DNA of 64,000 nt from Felis catus (GCF_018350175.1 NC_058368.1:142106001-142170000), one strand, 5' to 3'; positions 13,403-26,583 are shown, counted from the stretch's first letter. Notes: generated by a model from the sequence alone, not told the origin. A program made the numbers and translations.

Positions 13403-13983
13403 GATGGCCAACAGGCACATGAAAAGATGCTCAACGTCGCTCCTCATCAGGGAAATACAAATCAAAACCACACTCAGATATCACCTCACGCCAGTCAGAG
13501 TGGCCAAAGTGAACAAATCAGGAGACTATAGACGCTGGAGAGGATGTGGAGAAACGGGAACCCTCTTGCACTGTTGGTGGGAATGCAAACTGGTGCAGCC
13601 GCTCTGGAAAACAGTGTGGAGGTTCCTCCAAAAATTAAAAATAGACCTACCCTATGACCCAGCAGTAGCACTGCTAGGAATTTACCCAAGGGATAGTTAT
13701 GCTACGTGAAATAAGTCATACAGAGAAAGACAGATGCCATATGTTTTCACTCTTATGTGGATCCTGAGAAACTTAACAGAGGACCATGGGGGAGGAGAAG
13801 GGGGGAAAAGTTAGGGAGGGAGGCAAACTATAAGAGACTCTTAAAAACTGAGAACTGAGGGTTGATGGGGGATAGGAGGGAGGGGAAAGTGGGTGATGGG
13901 CAATGAGGAGGGCACCTGTTGGTATGAGCACTGGGTGTTGTATGGAAACCAATTTGACAATAAATTTCATATTAAAAAAAAAA
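13403..13983 (+). mobile_element. Younger felid L1 3' fragment with internal deletion
   Basis: ORF2 C-terminus ([23 protein letters not shown]..), 3'UTR ending GACAATAAATTTCATATT-polyA. Confidence 0.9.
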
Positions 13984-14146
13984 TAACAAAATTAGAGAAG
14001 TGGAGAAAGATTAGTGGCTGCTGTGGGTTAAGAACAAGAAAGGGAAGGAAGGATATAAAAGGGCAACAAAAGAGATTCCTGCAGTGACGGAGCCATTATA
14101 TATCTTTACTATTATGACAACTACACAAGTCACAAAACAGAATAGA

Positions 14147-14170
14147 TCTCTCTCTCTTTCTCTCTCTCTC

Positions 14171-14217
<47 letters not shown>
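14147..14217. repeat. Compound (TC)n(AC)n microsatellite
   Basis: Read directly from the sequence. Confidence 0.95.
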
Positions 14218-14219
<2 letters not shown>

Positions 14220-15435
14220 TAAATACAAGTAAAATTGGGGAATCTGGACACGAATGGTGGATTGCATCAGTGTCAACATCCTGGCTGTGATATTATACTA
14301 TATAGTTTACCATTGAGGAAAACTGGGAACTTTATAGAAGTTAAGCCAATCAAAAATGAAAAGGTAAAAAAAAGAATGGGTGGTCAAGGGGCATCTGGCT
14401 GGCTCAGCTGGTGGAGCTCTCACTCTCGGGGTTTTAAGTTCGAACCCCACATTGGGTGAAGAGAGAATTTAAAAACAAAATATTTTTAAAAACAAATGAA
14501 TGGGTGAAATTATGTGAACAGACATTTCACAAAAGAACAGGAATGCCAGTACAGTAAGCCCATGAAAAAATACTTAAGATCATTAATTATCAGGTAAATG
14601 CATATTAAATGAGATATCACTACCCATCCATTAGAACAGCTGAAATTAAGAGACTGACAATAACAAATGTTGTCAAGGCTCTGGAGCAATTAGAACTCTC
14701 ATGTATTGCTGGTGGGAATGTAAAAAAAAAAACCAATTTGGAAAAGTTAGACAATTCTTAAAAATTTAAGAATCGTATGACCTACTCATTCCACTCCCCA
14801 GAAAGATAAAAACATATTTCCACATAATGACTTACATGAATATTCACAGAAGCTTTATTCATAATAGTAAAAAACTGGAAAAAATATAAATGTTCATCAG
14901 TTAAGTGTGACTTAATGGCCAACCACTGGAATACTACCCAGCAATGAAAACAAATTAATTACTGATACATGCAACAAGGTGGATGAATTCTCAAAATCAT
15001 TACTCTGAGTGAAAGAAGTCAGACACAAAACAGCATGATTTAAGTCATTTAAAATTATGGAAAATGCAAACTAATCTGTAGAGACTGAAAGCAGAGCAGT
15101 GGTATCCTGGGGTCATGGGGTAGAGTGAGAACTGGACAGCAGAGGAACATGAGAAAATTTTATTCTGTAAGATGACAGAAATGTTCTGTATCTTCTTAAC
15201 TGTGGTGGTGACTGAACAGGTGCATACATCTATCAAAACATCTAATTACAATCTTTAGGGGCACCTGGGTGGCTCAGTGGGTTAAGCGTCCAACTTCACC
15301 TCAGGGCATGATCTCAAGGTCTGCAAGTTCGAGTCCCACATCAGGCTCCGTGCTGACAGCTCAGAGCCTGGACCTTGCTTCGGACTCTCTATCTCCCTCT
15401 CTCTCTGTCCCTCCCCCGCTTGCTCTCTCTCTCTC

Positions 15436-15468
<33 letters not shown>

Positions 15469-16040
15469 GTCTCAAAATAATAAACATTACAAAACTTTTT
15501 TAATTACAATCTTTATGTTAACTTATTGTATGCAAATTATATCTCCATAAAGTTGATATTAAAATTTTTCATAATGTTTTATTCACACGTGAAAATAAAA
15601 TGCTGAGTTCTCCAAAGAAACCTACAAGGCATACATCTATTTTGAGAAAAATCAATGAATATTATTTTAGCACATCAAAGGAAAATCCTCTCAACTGACT
15701 CTAAGAAACTGACAGGAAACTAAGACTGTACTATTACATATTTTAACTACCTGCAATAGTTATTAGTTTATGGTTAGCAATTGTTCATACTTTTTACAAT
15801 AGAGTCTGCAGAAAAAAAGAAAGCAAATTTACTCTACATGGCTCCTTCATGAAATAGTTCAAATACCAAAAAGAAAGTATCAGAAGCCCTTTCATCTCAT
15901 CTTGAGGCCGAAGAGTAGATCAGAAGAGCTTCCTTAACTACAAATAGAAAGCCCAACACAAAATTACTTTAGGTTTTGCATATTTTACAAATTTAAGCCT
16001 AACGTAGGCAGTAAGCACTTCACAAGAATGATTAATCAGG

Positions 16041-16385
16041 TGCTATTATAGGCTAAGTGTCCCTTCCAAAATCCTATAAAGTCCTAACCCCAAAGAATGT
16101 GGGTATTTGGAAACAGAGCTTTTAAAGAGAAAATGAGGCCAATATGGGTGGGACTTAATCCAACACAGCTGATGTCTTTGTAAAAGCAGATTAGGACACA
16201 GACACACAAAGACCAAGGGAGGACAAGGTGAGAACACAGCAAGAAGGCGGCCATCTGCAAGCCAGAGAGAGAGGCCTCAAAACAAATCAAAGTTGCCAAC
16301 ACTTTGATCTTAGACTTCTAGCCTCCAGAAAGTGGGAGAAAATAAATTTCTTTTAAGCCACAGTCTGTGACATTCTGTCACTGCA
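16041..16385 (+). mobile_element. MaLR solo LTR (MLT1A/B-like)
   Basis: GTCCTAACCCC..GTATTTGGAAA..AAGGCGGCCATCTGCAAGCCA..GACTTCTAGCCTCCAGAA..AATAAATTTC. Confidence 0.8.
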
Positions 16386-16696
16386 TTATAATATATATAT
16401 TTTTTACTATATATATTCTTTCCAAAAAGAGTAGAAGCAATGAAATTTATTATGAAAAAAAATTATTGTTCCTTTCCAAGCAGCTCATGAAATTAAATAC
16501 AATGGGTGATCATTAGTGGGATACAAAAATAATTAAATAATTAAAAAACAGACTTTTCTCTATTAATTAATTACACATACACCTAGAAATACGCCAGTAG
16601 AAAAGGCAATATATAAAAACTATATCTGATGATATTCAACTACCAAATATTAAAATACTATATATATTCACCAAAATACATTTAGAATCCCTTCTT

Positions 16697-16886
16697 TTTT
16701 TTTTAATGCTTACTTTCCAGAGCACGGGGGAGGGGCAGAGAGCGAGGAAGACAGAAAGTCACAAGCAGTTTCTGCACTGACAGCAGACAGCTTGACGTGG
16801 GGCTTGAATTCAGGAACCAACCGTGAGATCATGATGACCTGAGTCAAAGCTCGACACTTAACTGACTGAGCCACCCAGGCACCCCT
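16697..16886 (-). mobile_element. CAN-SINE
   Basis: Reverse-complement head ending GGCACCCC; flanking repeat AATCCCTTCTT. Confidence 0.9.
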
Positions 16887-18290
16887 AATCCCTTCTTAAA
16901 ACTTCTCACTCTTCCACACAGCAAAGGTAACTGAAAAGGGAGAGAAAATAATGGAACCCTGCATGAGGGGTTTTTTCCTTCTACTTTTTGTTAGTTTTCT
17001 ATTTTACTCAACGACCATGTATATACTTTTATAATTGAAAAATCTAAACTCCTCCCCGCCCCCCCAAAAAGCTTAAAAACCTTATTAGGGGTAAGAAAGC
17101 AAACAAACTGAAGTAATTAGATAGGGAATAAATAGAATGAAAATGTGATCACACAAACATGTGCCAAATGAAAAAAGAAAATTCATTCTCCAGTGTCTGA
17201 CCCCCTTAGTTTTCCCCAAGAGTTTTCCACCAGTGTTAGAGAAGTGAGCAATGAAGAATAACAAAATGCCAATTTTTAGGACAACACAAACTCTCAAACC
17301 CTCTGAGTAATTTTATTCATGGCCTACTGGAAACTTGGTTTGTTTCTTTTAAGCTTGAGAAGCCAAAGTCCCCTTCCCAACCATTTTTAGGTAATGACCC
17401 ACTCTTTCAAATCAAGAAAAAGAAAACAAGATCTCAACATTAAAGCCAAAGATTGTGCTGTTCATGTTTAACATAGTCTTCAACAACAAATATAAGTATC
17501 TTTTGTGTTCGCATGGGCAGATAGCTAATAGTTTGAGGTTCAGAGAAAAGCCACCAGAAACAAAGCCACAAGCATTGTTTCCACCTGATGTAATATTCAA
17601 CTTCACAAAGATGTCATGAAAACTATTGAAAATCCTGATATAAATTACAGATTTCTTCTCAAATTCCTCTTTGCTTGTCACCAAAACAGTAGATTTGGGA
17701 GTTAATACCATAATACCTCATTTACCCTCAAATATGTAACTTGTACTGAACCACTTTAGGTCTACCTCCTTCCTTATGTGGATTCAAATGAGGCCTATTA
17801 ACATGTATCACTTAGAGCATCAATCTTAGACATTAAATTCTTTTTTCTAAACATTAAAAGAGTTGATTCAAATAACGCTGCATTGGCAGTATTTTCACTG
17901 ACTGCTGAAAAATCAATGCTAGTTTCAAAAAAAATTTTTTTTTTATTTATCTAGTTCTTCACTGATTATTGACCTGTAGCTTTCCAGCTTAGAGAACTAG
18001 GATACCAACTTTATTTTTACATAAGTGACATCTTGTGGTGGTAAGTGGTATAACTTTTCCTTTCATGTTCAAAATACATTTTCTATAGTTTCAAAGAAAA
18101 TTTGTGACTGGAATTAAAGAAAATCTTATTATTATCAGAAAGTCACTCTCAGCACCAGTAAAAAACATCAACCATAATCAAAAACCAAAATTTTACCCAG
18201 TTACATATAAGAACTTAGGAGGTAAAAGAGCTTTTACATAGTATAAATTACCTCTTTTCTAAAAAGAAAAAAAAAAAAATCTTTAATCCA

Positions 18291-18415
18291 GGGGCACCCA
18301 GCTGGCTCAGCCAGAAGAGCATGCAACTCTTGATCTCAGGGTCATGAGTCTGAGCCCCATGTTGGGTGCAGAGATCACTAAAAAAATAAATAAACTTTAA
18401 AAATACATAAATAAA
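18291..18415 (+). mobile_element. Short, older CAN-SINE variant lacking the CT tract
   Basis: GGGGCACCCAGCTGGCTCAG..GAGCATGCAACTCTTGATCTCAGGGTCATGAG..CCCCATGTTGGGTG..A tail. Same type at about 14388, 22704 (minus), 39876, 60647 and 63820 (minus). Confidence 0.85.
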
Positions 18416-18515
18416 ATTAAAAGTCTATGAGCCACAACTCATTTAAACCTTTCACTCCTTTTAAAAACAACAGAGAGGGGAAAAAAATACATCTGTGTAG
18501 CATCATACAGTGTAT

Positions 18516-18818
18516 CTGTGCTACTGAAAGTGTGATCCAAGAAAATCCAGTCCAAGAACCATCACCAATCCACAAATTTTTGTTACTAACGCAGGAGGAG
18601 ATATGTACAGAAACTGAGAGCAAGCAAAGTTAGAAATCTGACAGAGTAATTTAACAGTATAAAGTCCTATCTTTTGAATATAAAAAAAGGGGGATTGCAT
18701 TTTACATGCTTTTTTTCATTCCATTTTTCTACTAATTTACTTTCTATTGTATTTCACAGAAGATCCATCCATGGACTGAAAAAAAGGCCCTTCATCTTTC
18801 ATCAGTTTGCAAGCACTG
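18516..18818 (+). mobile_element. hAT-Charlie (Charlie4-like) non-autonomous DNA transposon
   Basis: Starts CTGTGCTACTGAAAGTGTG, internal GTACAGAAACTGAGAG, ends AGTTTGCAAGCACTG; degenerate 8-bp TSD CAGTGTAT / CAGTATAC. Confidence 0.7.
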
Positions 18819-19587
18819 CAGTATACAATTACCTTCTTTTTCCTCAAAACGCTCACCAAAATTCATGTACCATAAAAAGCAACACCTGAAACAACACATT
18901 GAATCCAGGAATGTTGGACTGGAAAACATGATATAGAATAGCAATTTCCAGTTGGAGGTATGTCCTCAAAAGGACAAATTAACATTTTGAGAGGAAGGTG
19001 GGCCTTTTTCAAGCCCTGCCAAAAAAATTTTACACAGGTTCCTCTGCATGCTTTACGAACCACTTAAATGAAAAACGCTTCTACTTTTAGCTTCTACTTT
19101 TAAGTGTTACATTGTACACATAAATAGGTATGTAGAAAAAAAAAACGGATGCAAACAATAATCAGAATGTACTTTGTTCTAGGGCTAAGCAGCTAAAGGG
19201 ATTGGCCTTCATAATACATTTATGTGCAAAATATGAAAGCTTTGGAACTTTCAGTCCAGTTAGGGCTTATATTTCCCTTGGATGACGCTCAGATCACTGT
19301 ACAGTTTTTGGCACAAAGTATTCACTTAATAAATACAAACATAAGTGAAAACAGAAAACTCCACTACCTAATCATCCATCTATTAACCCCCTAAAAAATT
19401 TAAGTATAAATTATCCAAGGAAATATGAACTCCTCCTCCTATATTGTTCACAAAATTAAAAAAGGAATAGTCTACAATTGCTACCTCCACTTCTTCAATC
19501 CTTGGTAATCTTTTTTTCTCTTATTCCTCCATTAAAATTTTTCTCACAAAGGTAACAAATAACTTGCTAATTTAAAAATCCATGCAA

Positions 19588-19808
19588 GGGGCGCCTGGGT
19601 GGCGCAGTCGGTTAAGCGTCCGACTTCAGCCAGGTCACGATCTCGCGGTCCGTGAGTTCGAGCCCCGCGTCAGGCTCTGGGCTGATGGCTCAGAGCCTGG
19701 AGCCTGTTTCCGATTCTGTGTCTCCCTCTCTCTCTGCCCCTCCCCCATTCATGCTCTGTCTCTCTCTGTCCCAAAAATAAATAAACGTTGAAAAAAAAAA
19801 AAAATTTT
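19588..19808 (+). mobile_element. Young felid CAN-SINE
   Basis: CpG-intact body; TSD AAAAATCCATGCAA on both sides. Confidence 0.95.
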
Positions 19809-20980
19809 AAAAATCCATGCAAAATTCCATGAATACTTTTAGATTATTCCTCTACATTTAATACAATTAACCCACTATGCCTCCATCTTAACTCCCCTTT
19901 GCTGTTAGATTCTGTACTCTATTCTCATCTGCTTCCCATTTGCCTTTGTGACACACCAATGGACAAAAAGACCAAAATCCTTGCCCTTGTATAGTTTTCA
20001 TTCTAATAACCAAAAGAGACAACAAACATAATAAGGGAGTAAATTTTAAGTCATGAGGTGATATGAGGGAAAAAACAGAGCAAAAGAGAAAAGGGAAAGG
20101 AGGAGGGAATTTTAAATAGGGTGGTCAGAGTAGGCTAAATAAAGAGACATCTCAACAAAGATTTCCAAGTAAAGGAATTAGCCATGCAGATATTGGGGGG
20201 GGGGGGGGGGGGGCAGCAAGGAGGACAAGCCCTGTAGGTAAAAGAGACAATTAAAGGGTACATAACACTAAAGGCTTTGGTGTTTAAATGAAAAAGAGGA
20301 ACCACTGAAGCGCTTTGAATAAAGTCATGGTCTAATATATGTAACAGAATCATCCTGGCTGTTACGTTTACAATATACTGCTGGGACTTCCAGATCTGCC
20401 CATGGTTCTGTAAGAAACTAAATCTGCCACAAGAAAATAACTATAAAGGCTGGAAGAAATAACTAACTTTCTGAAAGCACTGGAGATCAACTAACATGGG
20501 CAGGACTTAAAGGGGCCAAAATCCTAGAGAGAAGAGAAGTACACAAAGTGAGCTCTTATTCACACCAGTTTTTTCCCTGAGTATATTTCCCAAACTGCTA
20601 TTTGGGAGACTAGAATCCAATAAGAAATGACAGTTTTAACAGACTGAGGAGACAAATGTTGAAGTTTGTACCTAATAAAGGGACTGGAACTTGAAGAGCA
20701 GAATCCCAGAGGAGAGAACCAGTGAAAAGGTACAAAAATCTCTTAAGGTACTTAGCTATATTTTCACAGGGCAAGATTCCAGGAAATCCAGCAAAAAACA
20801 GGAGTTCGGAGGTTAAATACCTGCATATGGATTCAGCAACTACAAGGTGCTATGAAGAGAAGCTGAATTCAAGCCTCTCCCAAGTACAAAGACCTGGGTA
20901 AACATCCCAGCATTTCAATTAAGATCACAGAAGGGCCACAAGAGAAGAGTTAAGGATATACCTTAGTAGTATAAGAAAAT

Positions 20981-21368
20981 TGTGGGGCATCCCAACCGAG
21001 TGGAGGCTGGAGGTGTGGGTAGAGAAAGAATTCACCCAAGGCAGAACAAAGGAGATAGAAGTTTAATGAATACATTGCCAGAGAGCAGCAAGCAGGACAG
21101 ACAGCACAGAAGAGACTGTCTGCCACAAAGTGCTGGTGAGAGGTCAAATTATAGGCCAGAGCGAAGAGGTATGGGAAAGAATCGAATTTTCCCTATTTTG
21201 GTAACTGTGCCTGGTTGTAAGTAATCCACTGGTTATTTAGGGTCTATTGGTTATTTATGCTATTTCAAGGTGGGTCACTTAATGAGCTTACATGCAGCTC
21301 AGTGGTCACTACAGGACCTTTTACCTTGCTCCATTGATCAAGTCTGTTGCCTACAAGCAGCCGCTACA
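20981..21368 (-). mobile_element. Probable ERV solo LTR (388 bp)
   Basis: TGT...ACA termini; on the minus strand CCAAT (21250-21246), TATAA (21153-21149) and ATTAAA (21067-21062) occur in LTR order; flanks AAAAT / AAAAA. Family not identified. Confidence 0.65.
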
Positions 21369-21369
21369 A

Positions 21370-23977
21370 AAAAGTGAAATAGACAAGACCTTAAAAAGCT
21401 TAAAACTGATCTTACACAAGATCAAAGTGATAGTACTCTATCTGCCTGTCACCCTCTTTGGATGAAAATATCATCTAGAACTTTATCCGTGTTTTTATTC
21501 TAAATATCAAGTATATGACTCAAAATTTATGAGACATGCTAAAAACAGGAACAAATGACAAAAAAAATTTTTAAGGAAAATAGAATACAAAACAGATCCG
21601 TGGGTAATTCCAATACTATAGTTATCAGATAGACAAAATAACTACAATTAACAGTCAGGAAAATACAGGAAAAAAATGGACAAAATAGATGGAATGATAG
21701 AAAATGTCAATAGAATCTATAAAAGATAATCAGATGGACATTCAGAATTGAAAAATACAATATATGAAATTAAGAACTCACCACGCTGGTTTAACAGCAG
21801 ATTATTAATACAGAAGACTGGATTATTGAACTTGAAGGCAGCTCAAGAGAAAAATATACATTTAAAGCACTAAAAACTAAAAGAATAAAAACCATAGAAC
21901 AGACCATCAGAGACATGTGGGACATAGTCAAAATATCCAACATACCTCTTAAGAGTCACCAAAAAGATGGGGCGCCTGGGTGGTTCAGTCAGCTGAGCGA
22001 CTGACTTCGGCTCAGGTCATGATCTCAAGGTTTGTGAGTTCGAGCCCCGTGTCGGGCTCTGTGCTGACAGCTCAGAGCCTGGAGCCTGCTTCTGACTCTG
22101 TGTCTCCCTTTCTCTCTGTCCCTCCCCCACTCATGCTCTGTCTCTCTCTGTCTCAGAAATAAATAAACACTAAAAAAAAAAAAAGAAGAGTCACCAAAAA
22201 GAGAAAGAGAGAGAAAGGAACAAAAGCAATTATTTCAAGTGACAATGGCTAAGAATTTTTGCAAACTGATGAAAGACATAAACCCACATATTTAAAAACC
22301 TGATGAAACAGAAAAATAACATAAAACTACACTAAACATAGCATGGTCAAGCTGATGAAAATCAAAGACATTGAGAAAAATCTTAAAAGTATGCAGAGAA
22401 AAAAGACATTTCCTTAAGGAAAAGGACAGCGTATCCTTTCGGTAAAGGACCAAATGATAAACTTTTTCTTAATTTGTTTTTTTAAGAGCTTGTTTTATGT
22501 ATGTACGTATGTATGTATGTATATATGTATTTAGAGAGGTTACAGTTGAAAGACAGCAGCATGGGGGTTGGGGAGCAAAGAGAGAGAAAAAGAATCTTAA
22601 GCAGGCTCCACACCCAGAGTGAGCCCAACAGGCTCACAGTAAGATTATGACCTGAGCCCAAATAGAGAGTCAGACCTTTAATGGACTAAGTCACCAGGTG
22701 CCCCTTTTTCTTTTTAAGTAAATTCTACACCACACGTGGGGCTCAAACTCACAACCCCAAGATCAAGAGTTGCATACTCTACCAAATGATTCAGCCAGGA
22801 ACCCCCAGACAATAAATATTTTAAGCATTACAGGCCACACCATCTCTACCATTCTACCATTATACAGTAAAAGCAGTTATAGACAAGACATACATAAATG
22901 GGCATGGCTAGGTTCTCACAAAACTTTATTTTTTATTAACAGGCAGAAATAGTGTGCCTGTTTATACGTATATGCATATATATGTATATATACATGTTAT
23001 ATATGGCATTATAACCCCTGCCTTAAAAGGACCAATAATAATAATACCAATAGCCAGCTTTTCAACAGACATTATAGAGGGCAGAACACAATGGAATAAC
23101 ATCTTTAAAGGGGTGAAAGGGAAAAAAAAAAAAAAAAGGCCAAAATACAATTCTATACCCACCGAAAATATCTTTCAAAACTGAAGGTGAAACAAAGTGG
23201 TTTTCAAACAAATAAAAGCTGGGATCTGCTACCAGAACATAAAAGGGCATCATTTCAAAAGGAAGACAAATCTAAATTTATACCCAATTTATATGTATTC
23301 TAAATTTATAGTTTCCATCTATAAAGCAAAAGCTGACAGAATAGAAGAAAAATACATATCCACACTCATGACTGACAATTTTAACACATCTCTCAGTAAG
23401 TGACAGGACAGACAAAAACTTTACTAAAGATGTCAAAAACCTAAACACCACAACCAACTTAGCCTGACAGGAACAGAACACTATAGAGAATAACTGCAGA
23501 ATAAGCATTCTTTTCAAGCGCATATAGAATATTTACTAAAATAGACTACATGCTGGATATCAACAAATTTTTAAAAGTCTACAATCATACAGAGTATGTG
23601 GTACAGAGTAACAAGAATTCAATAACAGAAAAATAACTAGAAAAGGTCCAGATGTTTGGAAAAAATAAGAAACACACTTTGACCTACAGGCCAAAGAAAA
23701 TGAAATCATTAGGTAAATTAGAAAAAAATTCAAGTGAGTACTGATACTGCAGCATTTAACAATTCATGAGATGCAGCTAAAGTAGTATTTAGAAGTAAAC
23801 ATACATTTCTGAATGCAACATAAAAGAAGAAAGATTACAAATCAAAATCTAAGTTTCCAGAGTGCCTGTGTGGCTCAGTGTGTTAAGCATCTGACTCTTG
23901 ATTTCAGCTCAGGTCATGATCTCACCGTTAGTGAGACCAGCCCTGTCAGGCTCCGTGCTGGGCATGGAGTCTGCTGG

Positions 23978-24025
<48 letters not shown>

Positions 24026-24230
24026 CCTGAACCTGTGCTTACTCTCTCTCTCTAACAATTAACTAATTAAAAATAAATTAAAAAATGTAAGTTTCTTTCT
24101 CAATAAGAAAAAGTATAGCAAACTAAACTCAAAGAACAAGTAAGAAAATAAAGGATAAGAATTCAACATAATAGAAAGCAAACTACAACAGAGAAAAACC
24201 AACAAAAAACTTAAAGTTAGTATCTATTTC
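21370..24230 (+). mobile_element. Old L1 ORF1/ORF2 region with nested CAN-SINEs (21969-22185 plus, about 22465-22807 two minus copies, about 23858-24085 plus) and a MER58-like hAT fragment (about 22435-22945)
   Basis: A-rich L1 motifs (GAAATTAAGAACTCA..AACAGCAGATTA, AAACTGATGAAAGACAT, GATGCAGCTAAAGTAGTA); SINE TSD AAGAGTCACCAAAAAGA at 21951-21967 and 22186-22202. Confidence 0.75.
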
Positions 24231-24903
24231 AAATAGGTTGTATGAAAGCTTCAAGAGATCATTGTGAAGCACCCATCACTGGGCCTCACAAGATCATTTA
24301 TTCAATATCCACATGTGCCAGGAATAGTTCAAAATACTGGGAACCCTGACCTCTTGGGACTTACATTTTAAGTGAGAATGCAGGGTGGGTGGGAGTAAGG
24401 GGCATGACAGAAATGACAGAAGAAGGAAAGAAGAAGGAATGAGGGAAGAAGGAAGGAAAACAAAGAAAGACCAGAGTAGTACTGAAAAAATTAAAATAGG
24501 GTACTGTAATAAAGTAAGACTGGGTGATCACAAAAGACTTCCATGGGTAAGTGATGATTTAAGCTGAGGTCTCAAATGATGAGAAGGAGCTAACCAGAGG
24601 AATTCTGCAAAGATAATATGGCAGGAATGAACTTGACATATGAGGACTCAATATAAGGTCTATAAAGGATCTATAAATGAAGGCTATGGTTTTTCTCTCA
24701 AGCACTAAACTCCTCACAGACCCACAAAATGTATACAATACATGTTAGTTCAAAGGATAAATGAATATAGGCCGTACACTAAACATGTTTCTTAGAGGGA
24801 AACAGAAAAACTCCAGACTTTCACGGGAATCTCAAAACAGTCCATGACCCTAATAAAGGTTAAAAACTACGATTACATCTTCCAAGTAAACATCCCATGC
24901 ATA

Positions 24904-25110
24904 GGGGCACCTGGGTATCTCAGTGGGCTAAGCATCTGACTTTAGCTCAGGTCATGATCTTGCAGTTTGTGGGTTCGAGCCCCATATCAGGCTCTGTGCT
25001 GACAGCTGACAGCCTAGAGCCTGCTTTGCATTCTGTGTCTCCCTCTCTCTGCCCCTCCCCAGCTCATGCTCTGTCTCTCTCAAAAATAAATAAACCTTAA
25101 AAAATTTTTT
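24904..25110 (+). mobile_element. CAN-SINE
   Basis: Complete element; TSD TAAACATCCCATGCAT. Confidence 0.92.
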
Positions 25111-25263
25111 TAAACATCCCATGCATGTAAGTTTTAAAAACCATGACACCATACATTTACCACCATGTTTGCCAAACTTTTTATCAATGTCCTCAGCTAC
25201 TTGTTTTCTTAGCAGGCAGCAAAAAGCAAGTTCTCCTTTCCCTCAGGATATTAGGAATGTCGT

Positions 25264-26450
25264 CATGCAGAAGGATGAAACTAGACCACTTTCTCAAACC
25301 ATTCACAAAAATAAACTCAAAATGGATAAAGGACCTGAATGTGAGACAGGAAACCATCAAAACCCTAGAGGAGAAAGCAGGAAAAGACCTCTCTGACCTC
25401 AGCCGTAGCAATTTCTTACTTGACACATCCCCAAAGGCAAGGGAATTAAAAGCAAAAATGAACTACTGGGACCTTATGAAGATAAAAAGCTTCTGCACTG
25501 CAAAGGAAACAATCAAAAACAGTAAAAGGCAACCAACGGAATGGGAAAAGATATTTGCAAATGACATATCAGACAAAGGGCTGGTATCCAAAATCTATGG
25601 ACTCACCAAAACTCCACACCCGAAAAACAAATAATCCAGTGAAGAAATGGGCAGAAAACATGAATAGACACTTCTCTAAAGAAGATCTCTAAATGGCCAA
25701 CAGGCACATGAAAAGATGCTCAATGTCACTCTTCATCAGGGAAATACAAATCAAAACCACATTCAGATATCACCTCACGCCAGTCAGAGTGGCTAAAATG
25801 AACAAATCAGGAGACTATAGATGCTGGCGAGGGTGTGGAGAAATAGGAACCCTCTTGCACTGTTGGTGGGAATGCAAACTGGGACAGCCGCTCTGGAAAA
25901 CAGTATGGAGGTTCCCCCAAACACTAAAAACAGATCTACCCTATGACCCAGCAATAGCACTGCTAGGAATTTACCCAAGGGATACAGGAGTGCTGATGCA
26001 TAGGGGCACTTGTACCCCAATGTTTATGGCAGCACTTTCAACAATAGCCAAATTATGGAGAGAACCTAAATGTCCATCAACTGATGAATGGATAAAGAAG
26101 TTGTAGTTTCTATATACAGTGAAATACTATGTAGCAATGAGAAAGAATGAAGTATGGCCTTTTGTACCAACGTGGATGGAACTGGAGAGTGTTATGCTAA
26201 GTGAAATAAGTCATCCAGAGAAAGACAGATACCATATGTTTTCACTCTTACGTGGATCCTGAGAAACTTAACAGAATACCATGGGGGAGGGAAAGAAAAA
26301 AAAAAGAGGTTAGAGAGGGAGGGAGCCAAAACATAAGAGACTCTTAAAAACAGAACAAAATGAGGGTTGATGGGGGTGGGAGGGAGAGGTGGGTGGGTGA
26401 TGGGTACTGAGGAGGGCACCTGTTGGGATGAGCACTGGGTGTTGTATGGA
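25264..26450 (+). mobile_element. 5'-truncated felid L1 (ORF2 C-terminus plus 3'UTR, frameshifted)
   Basis: ORFs 25143-25634 and 25693-26106 carry L1 ORF2 peptides ([44 protein letters not shown]). Confidence 0.95.
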
Positions 26451-26542
26451 CTGACTCTTGGTTTGGGCTTGGGCCATGATCTCGGGTTTTGTGAGTTTGA
26501 GCCCCGCAATCAGGCTCTGCACTGGCATCAAAGAGCCAGATT

Positions 26543-26583
<41 letters not shown>

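Larger units (their letters stand above)
12335..15560 (+). mobile_element. Old L1 3' segments with nested insertions (CAN-SINEs at about 12488, 12926, 14388, 15258; younger L1 at 13403)
   Basis: GAAATGCAAATTAAAACCAC, GTCCATCAATGGATGAAT, CTGTATGACTCCATTTATATAAC and similar L1 motifs resume on either side of each insertion. Confidence 0.8.

Noticed and set aside
17412..17711. 99-aa ORF in apparently unique intronic DNA as a nested gene or retrocopy
   Set aside because: No recognisable homology, polyA/TSD or splice context; the length is within chance expectation.
18417..18623. Peptide IHCMMLHR resembling a hAT transposase CxxH motif
   Set aside because: It lies at and beyond the end of a short non-autonomous Charlie-like element, mostly in flanking DNA; coincidental.
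25143..26106. Longest ORFs (163 aa and 137 aa) as a host gene or active retrotransposon
   Set aside because: They are frameshifted L1 ORF2 C-terminal fragments of a 5'-truncated copy. The same applies to ORFs at 9158, 13398 and 33273.
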